DNA from: an uncultured Candidatus Rokubacteria bacterium
GTDB taxonomy: Bacteria; Methylomirabilota; Methylomirabilia; Rokubacteriales; CSP1-6
Direction: 5' to 3'
DNA length: 64,000 nt
Assembly: GCA_963758635.1 (NCBI GenBank)
Contig: CAVWWD010000008.1
Location: 64,001-128,000 of the forward strand
The translations under genes and the position numbers were made by a program. The notes under the pieces were generated by a model, which was not told the DNA's origin, did not search any database, and saw only the letters and a program-made list of their open reading frames with translations. This document shows positions 9,159 through 18,858 of the stretch, in pieces; positions within the stretch are counted from its first letter, which is position 1; every line of letters starts with the position of its first letter.

Positions 9159-10871
9159 TCAGCGGCCCGCCGCCGACGCGAGCGGCCCGCGGAGCACGCG
9201 GCCGGGATACGCCCCGGTGTGCTCGCCGTCCCGCAGCACCACCTGGCCGTTCACGATCGAGACGTGGAAGCCGGTCGCCTTCTGGCGCAGGCGCTGGGCG
9301 CCGGCGGGGAGGTCGTTCACCACCTCGGGCAGCTCGGGCGCCACGCGATCGGGGTCGAACACGATCACGTCGGCGGCCAGCCCCTCGCGGAGCAGCCCGC
9401 GCTCGTGGAGGCCCCACGCCGACGCCGGCTCGAAGCTGAGCATCCGCACCCCCTCCTCCAGGGTGACGGCGCGGCGCCGCCGCACCCAGTAGGCCAGCAC
9501 CTGCGTCTGCAGCGACGAGTCCATGATCTGGGAGACGTGCGCGCCGGAGTCGGAGAACGTCACCACCGAGCGCGGGTGCTTCATCATCTCCAGCACGTCG
9601 TCCAGGTTCTCGTTGAAGAGCGGCTGGACGAAGAAGGCCTTGAGGTCGCGCTCCAGCGCGACCTGGATCAGCGCCTCCACGGGGTCGACGCCGCGCTCGC
9701 GCGCGATCTCGGCGATCGAGCGGTGCGGCCCGCAGGGGTCCTCCATGAGCATCAGCCACTCGAAGTCCGGCTTGCGGGCCTCGGCGCCCACGCCGCGGCC
9801 GTACTCCGCCTCGGCCGCCGCCTTCACGAGCCGGCCGCGCACCTCGGAGTCGCGAAGGAGCGCGCGCTGCTCGGCCAGCGGGCGCCGGCGCACCTCGCGC
9901 CACTCGGGAAGGCGATCGAAGGGCAGCCGGGTCTCGAACGACAGCACGACGGACAGCGCGCGGCTGTGCACCTGGGCGAACATCCGCCCGCCGGCGCGGG
10001 CGGTCTCGTCGAGCAGGTCGAAGTACGCGCGCCAGGCGTCGGGCGCGAAGCGCGAGCTGAACATGCCCCAGGTGGTCGGCACGCCCGTCTCTACCGCGAG
10101 GTCGCGCAGCCGCTCCAGGTAGTCGCGCCGGCGCTCGAGGTCGCGGCCGGTGTCCTCGCCGGCGATCTCGAAGATCCCCGCGCCGAGGTCGCCCATGACC
10201 TGCACCAGCTCGCGCACCTCGCTCCACTCGGCGACGCGACTGGCCACGGGCCGCCGGTCCGCCGTCTCGTGATTGCGCGTTCGGGACGTCGTGAAGCCCA
10301 TCGCCCCCGCGGCCAGGGCGTCGGCGAGCTCGCGCTTCATGACCGCGAGGTCGTCGGCGGTCGCGGGCTCGGAGAACGCGCGCTCCCCCATGGCGTACGT
10401 GCGCAGCGCGGAGTGGCCCACGTAGCCCGCGTAGTTGATGCCCTTGGGCCAGCGCGCGACGGCGTCGAGGTACTGGGCGTAGGTCTCCCACGTCCAGTCG
10501 ATGCCCGCCTTCATCGCCTCGGCGGGGATGTCCTCGGCCCGCTCCAGATTCCGCACGACGAGGTGCTTCTCGTCGGGCCGGCAGGGGGCCAGCGTGAAGC
10601 CGCAGTTGCCCATGACCACGCTCGTGACCCCGTGCCAGCACGAGCACGTGCCGAGCGGGTCCCACGCCACCTGCGCGTCCATGTGCGTGTGGCCGTCGAT
10701 GAAGCCGGGCGCGACGACGAGGTGCCGCGCGTCGACCTCCTCGCGTCCGCGCGCGTGGATGGCGCCGACGCGCGCGATGCGGTCGCCGCGGATGCCCACG
10801 TCGGCGCGGTAGCCCGGGAGCCCGGAGCCGTCCACCACGGTGCCGCCGCGAATCACGAGGTCGTATGTCAT
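9159..10871 (-). CDS. N-acyl-D-amino-acid deacylase family amidohydrolase
   Basis: YDLVIRGGTVVDGSG, APGFIDGHTHMD, GVTSVVMGNCG, SDSGAH, ADVIVFDP. Confidence 0.92.
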   Translation of the reverse strand: MTYDLVIRGGTVVDGSGLPGYRADVGIRGDRIARVGAIHARGREEVDARHLVVAPGFIDGHTHMDAQVAWDPLGTCSCWHGVTSVVMGNCGFTLAPCRPDEKHLVVRNLERAEDIPAEAMKAGIDWTWETYAQYLDAVARWPKGINYAGYVGHSALRTYAMGERAFSEPATADDLAVMKRELADALAAGAMGFTTSRTRNHETADRRPVASRVAEWSEVRELVQVMGDLGAGIFEIAGEDTGRDLERRRDYLERLRDLAVETGVPTTWGMFSSRFAPDAWRAYFDLLDETARAGGRMFAQVHSRALSVVLSFETRLPFDRLPEWREVRRRPLAEQRALLRDSEVRGRLVKAAAEAEYGRGVGAEARKPDFEWLMLMEDPCGPHRSIAEIARERGVDPVEALIQVALERDLKAFFVQPLFNENLDDVLEMMKHPRSVVTFSDSGAHVSQIMDSSLQTQVLAYWVRRRRAVTLEEGVRMLSFEPASAWGLHERGLLREGLAADVIVFDPDRVAPELPEVVNDLPAGAQRLRQKATGFHVSIVNGQVVLRDGEHTGAYPGRVLRGPLASAAGR

Positions 10872-10887
10872 GTCAGCCTCCGTCGCG

Positions 10888-12027
10888 TCACGCCGAGGCG
10901 GCCCGGCCCGGTGCGCCGGCCGTCGCGGGGACGGCGTCGATCTCGTAGAGCTCGGCCACGTTGTCGTGGAGCACGAGGTCGCGCTCCGCCTCGGTCAGGT
11001 GCGCGGCCTGCTCGGCCAGCACGGCCTGGGAGTTCGGCCACGTCGAGTCGCTGTGCGGGAAGTCGTTGGCCCACATGAGCCGGCGGATGTTGCACAGGTC
11101 CTTCACCTGGAAGGCCACCCCGTCGTCCTGGAACGTGGTGTAGACGTGCTCGCGGAAGTACTCGCTCGGCCGGCGCGTGATCGCGCTGCCCGTGAGCCAG
11201 TAGCGGTGCCGATCGAACGCGTGGTCCATGCGGTACATGAAGTGCGGCACCCAGCCGGCGTCGGCCTCCACGCACACGAGCTTGAGCTTCGGGTGGCGCT
11301 CGAACACGCCGCCGAAGATGAACATCCCGATGATGTCCTGGCAGCCGCGGATGATCGACATGAACGCGTTGAGCTTCGGCCCGCGCGTCTTGAACGTGTC
11401 GCTGCTGCTGGTGAGGATGTGGAACGACAGCGGCAGCCGGAGGTCGACCGCGGCCTCCCAGAACGGGTCGTACATCGGGTCGTCGTAGTCGGCGAGCGCC
11501 GGGTTGCCCGGCATCATCACGCCGCGGAGACCGAGGGCCTTCATGCTCTGGAGGTCGCGGATGCCGTCCTCGACCGAGCGCATCGCGGTCTGGCCCACGC
11601 CGAGGAGTCGCTCCGGGTAGGCCGACGCGTACTCGCCGATCCACTCGTTGTACGCCGCGAAGCACGCGTGCTTGAAGTCGAAGTCCGGGTGGTTGCAGAG
11701 CATCATCCCGACGGTGGGGTAGAGGATCTCCGCGGCCACGCCGTCGCGGTCCTGGTCGGCGAGGCGGGCGTGGGGGTCCCAGCCGCCGCGATGGAGATCC
11801 TCGAACCGGGCGCCGAACACGGTCAGCTCCGAGGCGGGCTTGCCGGCGGCGGCGACCAGCCCCATCGGGACCGGCTTCGGCAGCCCGTCGATGACGAAGA
11901 GGTCACCGCGCTGGGGGTCGTGGACGACGTGCGGGGCCCGGTCCTTGAAGCGCCGGTCGATCCGCGCCGTGTAGGTGTCGGGCGGCTCGGTGATGTGCGA
12001 GTCGGCGGAGATGATGGGCTTCGCCAT
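10888..12027 (-). CDS. Amidohydrolase_2 family protein
   Basis: ISADSH, YDPFWEAAVDLRLPLSFH, GVFERHPKLK, MWANDFPHSDSTWP. Confidence 0.92.
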   Translation of the reverse strand: MAKPIISADSHITEPPDTYTARIDRRFKDRAPHVVHDPQRGDLFVIDGLPKPVPMGLVAAAGKPASELTVFGARFEDLHRGGWDPHARLADQDRDGVAAEILYPTVGMMLCNHPDFDFKHACFAAYNEWIGEYASAYPERLLGVGQTAMRSVEDGIRDLQSMKALGLRGVMMPGNPALADYDDPMYDPFWEAAVDLRLPLSFHILTSSSDTFKTRGPKLNAFMSIIRGCQDIIGMFIFGGVFERHPKLKLVCVEADAGWVPHFMYRMDHAFDRHRYWLTGSAITRRPSEYFREHVYTTFQDDGVAFQVKDLCNIRRLMWANDFPHSDSTWPNSQAVLAEQAAHLTEAERDLVLHDNVAELYEIDAVPATAGAPGRAASA

Positions 12028-12096
12028 GGTCGTCTCCTCTCCGGGTCCGGAAGACGGGCGCCGGCCGTCCGGGCGGGGCGGCCGGCGCCATTGTTG

Positions 12097-12146
12097 ACCA
12101 ATCGTTTGGTTGGCTCACACTAGGGCACCCGGCGGCGGCCTGTCAA
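12097..12146 (-). promoter_or_regulatory. Sigma70-type promoter with downstream TetR-type operator for the amidohydrolase operon
   Basis: Minus strand TTGACA (12146-12141), 18 bp, TAGTGT (12122-12117); palindrome ACCAA-TCGT-TTGGT at 12097-12110. Confidence 0.7.
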
Positions 12147-12201
12147 CCCGACGGCCGGACGGGCCGCCGGGACGCGTGCCGACGCGCGAATCGCGGGCCC
12201 A

Positions 12202-13752
12202 TTATTCCACGGGCAGGCCGGGCACGGTCTCGCCCCGCGCGTTGGCGGGCGGGGCCGGCTCGATGGTGACGCGGCGGAGGAGGGGCAGCAGGAAAAGGGT
12301 CGAGGAGAAGAGGAGGAACAGCAGCCAGAAGTCGTCGGCGAAGGCCAGCACCTGGGCCTGTCGGTTCACCTCGTGGTAGATCGCGGCCAGCGCGCGGCGC
12401 TGCGCGGTGTGGGCGTCGGCGCCCTGCGCGGCGAAGCGCGTGGCCAGCGCGGACAGCCGCCCCGTCGTCTCCGCGTCCCAGATGTTCACGTGGGCCACCA
12501 GGGTGGCGTGGTGCTCCTGCGTCCGCCGCGCGAGGAGCGTGCTGACCAGCGCCACCCCGACACCGCCGCCGATGTTCCGCACGACGTTGAGGGCGGCGGT
12601 GGCGTTGCCCATCTTTTCCCGGGCCACGGTGGCGAGCGCGAGGGCATTCAACGGGAGGAAGACGAACCCCACGCCGAGGCCCTGCACGAAGCGCGGCCAC
12701 GCGAGGGTCCAGTAGTCCATGCCCAGCGTGAGCGTGGACATCTCGTAGGCTGACCACGCGTTGAGCACGCAGCCCACGGCGAGCAGCCAGCGCATGTCGA
12801 GGTGGGTGACGAGGCGGCCCGCGAGCACCAGGGACGCCAGGTTGCCGAGGCCGCCCGGCGCCAGCACCAGGCCCGAGGTCCACGCGTCGTAGCCCAGGAC
12901 CTTCTGCGTGTAGAGGGCGAGCAGCACCATGCTCGAGAAGAAGCCGAGCATCATCACGGTCATGATGAGGCTGCCCATGGCGAAGTTCCGGTCGCGGTAG
13001 ACGCCGAAATCCATCACCGGCTCCTCGGCGGTGAGCTGCCGGATGAAGAAGCCGGTGAGGCTCAGCGCGGCGAGGATGGCGAGGGTCACGATGAACGTCG
13101 AGTCGAACCACTCGGAGCGCTCGCCCTGGTCGAGGAAGAGCTGGAGCGACAGGAACCCCACGAACATGAGCGAGAGCCCGATGGTGTCCGCGCGCCCCGC
13201 CCGGCGCAGGTACGGCGGGTCGAACAGGACCGCGGTGGCGGCGAGGAAGCCGAACACGCCGAACGGGATGTTGATGTAGAAGATCCAGCGCCACGACCAG
13301 TTGTCGGCGATCCAGCCGCCCAGCGTGGGGCCGAAGATCGGCGCCATCATGATGCCGATCCCCCACACCGCCATCGCGGTGCCGCGCTGGCTGAGCGGGA
13401 AGATCTCCCACATGATCGCCTGCGACATCGGCATGAGGGGCCCGCCGCCGATGCCCTGGAGCGCGCGCGCGATCAGGAGCACGGTCAGGTTCGGCGCCAG
13501 CCCGCAGAGCACGGACGCCCCGGTGAAGACCACCGTGCAGATGAGGAAGAACCGGCGGCGGCCGAACACGCCGGCGAGCCACCCGGTGGCCGGGAGCACG
13601 ACGGCGTTGGCCGCGAGGTACGAGGTGAGCACCCACGACACCTCGTCCACCCCCGCGGAGAGCGAGCCCTGGATGTGGGGCAGGGCCACGTTGGTCACCG
13701 TCACGTCCAGCACCTGCATGATCGTGATGAGCATGACGGTGCCGGTGATCAT
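12202..13752 (-). CDS. DHA2 (EmrB/QacA) family MFS efflux permease
   Basis: QVLDVTVTNVALPHIQGSL, WVLTSYLAAN, APIFGPTLGGWI, WRWIFYINIP; about 14 TM segments. Start may lie about 75 nt upstream (CTG after GAGGAGG); minus-strand TATAAT at 13907-13902. Confidence 0.94.
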   Translation of the reverse strand: MITGTVMLITIMQVLDVTVTNVALPHIQGSLSAGVDEVSWVLTSYLAANAVVLPATGWLAGVFGRRRFFLICTVVFTGASVLCGLAPNLTVLLIARALQGIGGGPLMPMSQAIMWEIFPLSQRGTAMAVWGIGIMMAPIFGPTLGGWIADNWSWRWIFYINIPFGVFGFLAATAVLFDPPYLRRAGRADTIGLSLMFVGFLSLQLFLDQGERSEWFDSTFIVTLAILAALSLTGFFIRQLTAEEPVMDFGVYRDRNFAMGSLIMTVMMLGFFSSMVLLALYTQKVLGYDAWTSGLVLAPGGLGNLASLVLAGRLVTHLDMRWLLAVGCVLNAWSAYEMSTLTLGMDYWTLAWPRFVQGLGVGFVFLPLNALALATVAREKMGNATAALNVVRNIGGGVGVALVSTLLARRTQEHHATLVAHVNIWDAETTGRLSALATRFAAQGADAHTAQRRALAAIYHEVNRQAQVLAFADDFWLLFLLFSSTLFLLPLLRRVTIEPAPPANARGETVPGLPVE

Positions 13753-14003
13753 CCACCGGCGGGTGCCGCTGAGGCTGGCAGGGTTGGTCGCGTCCGCGAC
13801 GCTGGCGAAGCCGGACAGGCGGGACAGGCGATGCCTCCTCGGACGGATCTTCGACGCACCGCGGGCCCCGAGGACCGCCCGGAGCGGCGTCAGCGCGCTC
13901 GATTATAGCCCCTCGGTCTCTCGGGCCCGTGGCCGCGGACGCTGCGCCGCGCGCGCCGGCGGTGCAGCGGCGTTGCACGACGGCGCGCCGGCGCCGCCCG
14001 CGG

Positions 14004-14630
14004 TCAGGCGAGGAGGTCGAAGCCGAGGACGGCGCCGAGCTCGCGAAGCGCCACGTCGGGGTCCACGACCTTGATCGTGGTCATGCCGAGCGCGCGCGCC
14101 GTCTTGAGGTTCGTGCCGATGTCGTCCAGGAAGGCGGTCTCGGGCGGCGTCACGCCGAGCTCGCGGCAGGCCAGCGCGTAGATGCGCGGGTCCGGCTTGC
14201 GGAGCCCCACCACGCTCGACTCGACGAGCACGTCGAAGTGCTCGCGCAGCCGGTGCGGCCCGGCCTCGGCGGTCTTCCAGTTGTTGGTGAGGGCGCCGGC
14301 CCGTAGCCCGCGCGCCCGGATCCGCCGGACCGCCTCGAGCATCCGCGGCCGGGGCTCGCGCGCCTCGGCGATGTAGGCCATCATCCGCGCCCCGTCCACC
14401 GTCACCCCGCGGGCCCGGCAGTCCCCCTCGAACGGGGTGAAGAACTCGTCGAGGCCGATCTCGCCGCGCTCGAGCCGCGACCACGCGCCCTCGGGGCCCG
14501 TGCCGGCGATCGCGCGGTTGATGGCGTTGTCGGCCAGCCCGTGGTCGCGCTCGTAGCGGGCGATGGCGGCGAGCGGCGAGTCGACGATCACGCCGCCGAG
14601 GTCGAAGAGCACGCCGGCGAGGCGGCTCAC
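14004..14630 (-). CDS. HAD family phosphatase
   Basis: VLFDLGGV, LTNN, GLRKPDPRIY, FLDDIGTNL; GTG 14630 overlaps upstream stop (GTGA). Confidence 0.92.
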   Translation of the reverse strand: MSRLAGVLFDLGGVIVDSPLAAIARYERDHGLADNAINRAIAGTGPEGAWSRLERGEIGLDEFFTPFEGDCRARGVTVDGARMMAYIAEAREPRPRMLEAVRRIRARGLRAGALTNNWKTAEAGPHRLREHFDVLVESSVVGLRKPDPRIYALACRELGVTPPETAFLDDIGTNLKTARALGMTTIKVVDPDVALRELGAVLGFDLLA

Positions 14631-15740
14631 CCGCGGAGGCTCGCGCGCACCATCCTGAGGAGCGGCTCCACGCTGCCCCGCTCGATCCAGCGCGCCACCA
14701 CGAGGAGGTCCGCCTCGGGATCGAGCCAGATGACGTTGCTGCCCGCGCCGCGCGCGGAAAAGCTCGCCGGCGAGGCCCAGGCCCACGGCGCGCCGCCCGT
14801 GTTCAGCCACCACAGGAGCCCGTAGGCGGGATTGATCGCGCAGGGCCGGCGCAGCTCGTCCACCCAGCGCTCCGCCACCAGCTTGTCCCCCTGCCAGATC
14901 CCGCGCCGGAGGACGAGCAGGCCGAAGCGCGCGTGGTCACGGGTGCCCATCCAGAGGCCGCCGCCCCAGTGCGATCCTCCGGGCACCGAGGGCATGCGCG
15001 CGCCGTCGATCTCCGTCCAGGCGTTGTCGTAGGGCTGCCACTCCCAGTCCGGTGACGCGCCGATGGGCGTCATGACCGCTTCGCCGAGCACCTGCGCGAG
15101 GGGGCGCCGGAAGACGCGCAGGAGCGACAGGCTCAGGCGGTTCACGCGCACGTCGTTGTACTCCCAGTACGCGCCGGGCGCGCGGAGCTCGCGGAGCGTG
15201 CCCTTGGCCGCGCCGCCGAGCTCGCTCCGCCCGAACGTCGCGGTGGTGATCGATGCTGTCCGGCTTGCCCCAGAGCGTGCCCTGCCACTCGCTGGTCTGC
15301 TGGAGCAGGTGACGCCACGTGATCGCGCGGTTGTGCGCCGACGCGAACCCGTCGTCGGGCCCGCTGGCCGCCACGGGGTCGTCGATGTCGCGGATGAGGC
15401 CGCGGTCCACGGCGATCCCGGCCAGCACCGCGAGGTAGCTCTTGGCGATGCTGAAGCTCATGTCCGGCCGGCGCGTGTCGCCCCACTCCGCGGCGATCCG
15501 GCCCCCGCGCACGACGAGGCCGCTGGGCCCGCCGCGCGGGCGCACGGGGCCGAGCACGCCGCCCGCCGCGTCGGGCTCGTCGGCCACACCCACGTACCGG
15601 CCCGACGCGGTGATGAAGTCCCGGCGCCACGGCGTCTCGTGCGCGCGGTGGAATGCGATGGCCTCGTCGAGGGCGGCGGCGTCGACGCCCAGCTCGGCCG
15701 GCGGCCGCGCCTGCCACTCGTCACGGGTCGGGTAGTACAT
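14627..15740 (-). CDS. Serine hydrolase, beta-lactamase-related (frameshift near 15235)
   Basis: SIAK (SxxK), ITWRHLLQQTS, WEYND, ARFGLLVLRRG, YGLLWWLN; two ORF halves joined by one indel. Confidence 0.88.
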
Positions 15741-15995
15741 CGCGTCTCCTTCGGTTTCGGCCATAGCTTGTCGCCCGCAGGTACCCCTTCGTCCGGGCAC
15801 TCAGGTCCGCGGGCAGGCCGTCTACGGACCCGATGAGATCGCCGATCGCGTCGAGCGTCCCCCCTGGTTCCGGGACGGGACTGCGCGGCGGAGCCGCTCC
15901 CGGACGACGTCGGACTTCGGGACCTTTCGCCGGCGCGCCTCCGCCTCGATCTGTGCCACGAGCGCCTCGGGCACGCGGACCGTGAGCGTCTTCAT
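15721..15995 (-). CDS. CopG/ribbon-helix-helix antitoxin-like protein, orphan (frameshift in G-run near 15860)
   Basis: Manual translation MKTLTVRVPEALVAQIEAEARRRKVPKSDVVRERL then, after +1 base, TLDAIGDLIGSVDGLPADLSARTKGYLRATSYGR. Confidence 0.7.
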
Positions 15996-16010
15996 GGGCC
16001 GCGGTGGGCG

Positions 16011-17208
16011 CTACCGGGCCACCCCGAACGCCGCGGCCTTCCACTGCGGGTCGTCGGAGCCGTCCAGCCGCGCGCGCACGCGACGCAGGAGCTGACCGGC
16101 CGCCGTCTCGCCCCAGAACCAGCGGAGGATCTCGTCGCCGCCGCTCCCGGCCTTCATGGCGATCCGGCCCTCCGCGTAGAGCGTCTTGAGGTCGTCCGCG
16201 CAGTGGCGCACGAAGGCGGGCAGCGGGAGGTCGGCCGGGCGCTCGGGCATGTCGGCGCCCTCTTCGCCCGCGGCGAAGGCCTCGAGGAAGCGGACCACGC
16301 CGCGGAAGCGCGTGGCGGGAATGCCGGAGAGCCCCAGCGCGGTGCGGCCGCCGGTTCGCTCCATCCACTGCTCGTGATACCGGCGCATCTGCATCGTCTC
16401 GAGGGCCACGTCGTCGGGAATGCCCGCGGCCGGGCTCACCGCCGAGGCCTGCGTGGGCGCGGCGGGCTCATCGCCGGGCTCCGCGTCGTCGGGGAAGTCG
16501 CGGAGGACGGGGCCCGACGCCTCGGCGAGCAGCGCGAGCGCGGCCCCGAGCACGCGATGCTGGAGGGCGACGTCCCCGGGCCGGCCGAGGGCGTGGCCGT
16601 AGGGGAACGGCACGAAGAGGGCGCGCGGCGGCTTCACCTTCTCCGTGTGCTCGCGCACCATGCTGATCGAACGTCGTGGCCACGCCTTCGGTCTCGAGCG
16701 CTCGGGCGAGCACACCGCCGGTGTGCGTGCAGAGCGGTCAGGTGGGGGTGATCAGAGCCGCGTGCACGCCGTCCTCGCGCAGCCGGCGCCCCACCTCCGG
16801 CCCCGTCTCGCGCTCGAGCCTTGCTGCGTCGCGGAGCGCGCCCATGAACGAGTAGTGCCGCGGCGCCACCCCGCCCACCTCCCCGCGCGCGACCAGCTCG
16901 CGCAGCCGGTCGATCGGATAGGTCACGTTCAGGTCGCGCATGATCGCCGTGCGGTCGAACCCGAGGCTGGTGTGGCTCTGGAGGATGTCGGCGGCCGGCG
17001 CGTCGCCGGCGAGCACGCGGTAGCCCTGCTCCCCGGGGGCGAAGGGCCGGTCGCTCCGGAGGTGGAGGCCCGCGGTCGTGACGATGGCGATCCGGCACCC
17101 CGCGAGCGGCTTCGCCGGGCGCGTCCAGGGCGCCGTGTCGTTCACCTGCGCGGGGAACGTGACCAGCGTGCTGCGATTTGCCTGTGGCAGTCGCTCCAGT
17201 CGTGGCAT
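16011..17208 (-). CDS. Selenoprotein, glycine/sarcosine/betaine reductase B / D-proline reductase PrdB-like, with C-terminal extension (UGA=Sec at 16740-16738; indel near 16670)
   Basis: AIVTTAGLH, DLNVTYPIDRLREL, HYSFMG, ITPT-UGA-PLCTHTGGVLARALETEGVATT-SISMVREHTEKVKPPRALFVPFPYGHALG; family similarity continues across the UGA. Confidence 0.88.
16699..16737 (-). promoter_or_regulatory. Bacterial SECIS element candidate
   Basis: UGA + 11 nt + GCACACC-GGC-GGUGUGC perfect 7-bp stem with G-rich loop; lower stem CGCUC/GAGCG. Confidence 0.8.
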
Positions 17209-17353
17209 GGGTTCGCCTCCAGTCGCGTGAGCGTATCACGACGCTGGCGGCGGGCCGCCGCGCCTGGCCGTGAGACGCGCGGACGCGAGCGCCGGGTTCG
17301 GAGCCCTTCGCCGTTGACCCCGGGCGGAGCGCCGTGGAGAATGGCGCCGCCTC

Positions 17354-18033
17354 ATGGCACGCGACAATCAGTTCGCCCGCCAGTGGACGCTGTTGCGGCA
17401 CCTCGGCGCCGGGGGGCTGGCCGTGGACGACGCCGCGCGCCGCCTGGGCTGCACGACCCGCACCGTGTGGCGGGACCTCCACGTGCTCCAGGATGAGACG
17501 CTCCAGCCCGGAGATGCCCGTGTGCATCTCCGCGATGGCGTGCGCGAGGGGGGCGAGTCCCTCGTGACGCCGCGCGAGGCGGCCCTGTCGCTGGCCGAGT
17601 GCGCTTCCCTTCCGTGCCCGGCCGCGCCCGTCCGCGTGAGGTTCGTCAGCCAGACGCGCCTCAAGGAGGGTGGGGCCTTCGCCCGCCGGCCCGAGTTCCA
17701 GCTTCTCTTCCGGGCCTCCTCGGGCGCCTGTCCTCCCTGGCCCGCTTTCACGGCACGGGCCCGCTGGACGTGAACTCTCGCCGCCTCATCGACGCCGCTG
17801 CCGCCGTGCGCCTCGCGCGCGACGACACGCGCTGGACGCACTGGGCCCGGTACTCGGGGCGCCAGGACCGGCGCATGGAGTGGGACGGCCTCGTCGGCGA
17901 GGCCGACTACGAGGGCGGTCTCCGCGCGTTCTGGCCCTACCTCGCGTTCGGCCAGTGGACCCACGTCGGGAGCGACACCACGTTCGGACTCGGAGGCTAC
18001 CGCGTCCAGACCGCGGCCGCGGAGGCATCATGA
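17354..18033 (+). CDS. cas6: WYL/PafB-type winged HTH fused to C-terminal half of Cas6 (indel near 17716); possibly a deletion-derived pseudogene
   Basis: N-term ARQWTLLRHL..AARRLGCTTRTVWRDLHVLQ; C-term VRVRFVSQTRLK..PEFQLLFRA-LLGRLSSLARFH..WARYSGRQDRRMEWDGLVG..GQWTHVGSDTTFGLGGY (Cas6 G-loop). Confidence 0.75.
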
Positions 18034-18193
18034 GGGCAACTGGCCGCAACGATCTTTGCCCCTGCGGGAGCGGGAAAAGGTGGTCTCGCTCCTCAAGAGC
18101 ATGGAGAGCGCCGCCGAGCGACAGCGCCAGGCGGGAGTGCCCGCCTACGACTTCGGATGGATGTGGGGGGAGTTGGGCACGTTGCCGGGGTAG
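18030..18193 (+). pseudogene. SEC-C motif protein remnant with large internal deletion
   Basis: ATGA-coupled start MRATGRNDLCPCGSGK; another frame reads EREKVVSLLKSMESAAERQRQAGVPAYDFGWMWGELG-stop, resembling the C-terminus of longer SEC-C proteins. Confidence 0.65.
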
Positions 18194-18375
18194 CATCGCC
18201 GGGGGGCGCAGGTTGCCACGACGCCCAGCGCAGGACTTGTCGACCTCGGCCGTCTCGAAGGGGGCGCCATTGGGCGTTGTCAACACCGGCCCTGGATTCA
18301 GTGAGTACCGGGGTGGGGGTGGGGGAGGCTGATCACGACAGTGGAATCGTTCAAGGGTCAAGCTGGCGAGGGCGC

Positions 18376-18858
18376 ATGGATCGCGTGGCTCTAGCTGACG
18401 GCTTCCGGGCAGAGCTGGAGGGCTACGTCGAGCTCCTGGACGCCAGGTTCGGAGGCGATGTGGTCAGCGTGGTGGTTTTTGGTTCCCGGGCGCGGGGCGC
18501 CGCCCGGGCCGGGAGCGACCTGGACCTGCTCGTCGTCGCGCGCGGCCTGCCGGTGAGGCGGTGGGCGCGGTACGAGCCGTTCCTTTCTGCTGCGCGCGCG
18601 GTGTCGGACGAGTTCGCGGGGGCGCTGTCGGTCATCGCGCTCACGCCGGAAGAGGCGACCACTGTCCGCCCGTACTACCTCGGAATGCTGTCCGGGCACA
18701 TCACCCTGCGCGACCGGGACCACTTCTTCGAGAGCGTCCTGGCCCGGCTTCAGGGACGCCTCCACGAGCTGGGGGCGCGGCGGTACGTGGACGCGGACGG
18801 CTACGAGTACTGGGACCTCAAGCCGGACTGGAAGCCGGGCGACGTGGTGACGTTGTGA
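18376..18858 (+). CDS. Minimal nucleotidyltransferase (MNT) antitoxin-like
   Basis: VVVFGSRARGAARAGSDLDLLVV (GSx10DxD). Confidence 0.9.
   Translation: MDRVALADGFRAELEGYVELLDARFGGDVVSVVVFGSRARGAARAGSDLDLLVVARGLPVRRWARYEPFLSAARAVSDEFAGALSVIALTPEEATTVRPYYLGMLSGHITLRDRDHFFESVLARLQGRLHELGARRYVDADGYEYWDLKPDWKPGDVVTL

Noticed and set aside
16011..17208. Two separate short genes or a nonsense pseudogene
   Set aside because: The UGA sits at the expected catalytic UxxC position with a well-placed SECIS-like hairpin.
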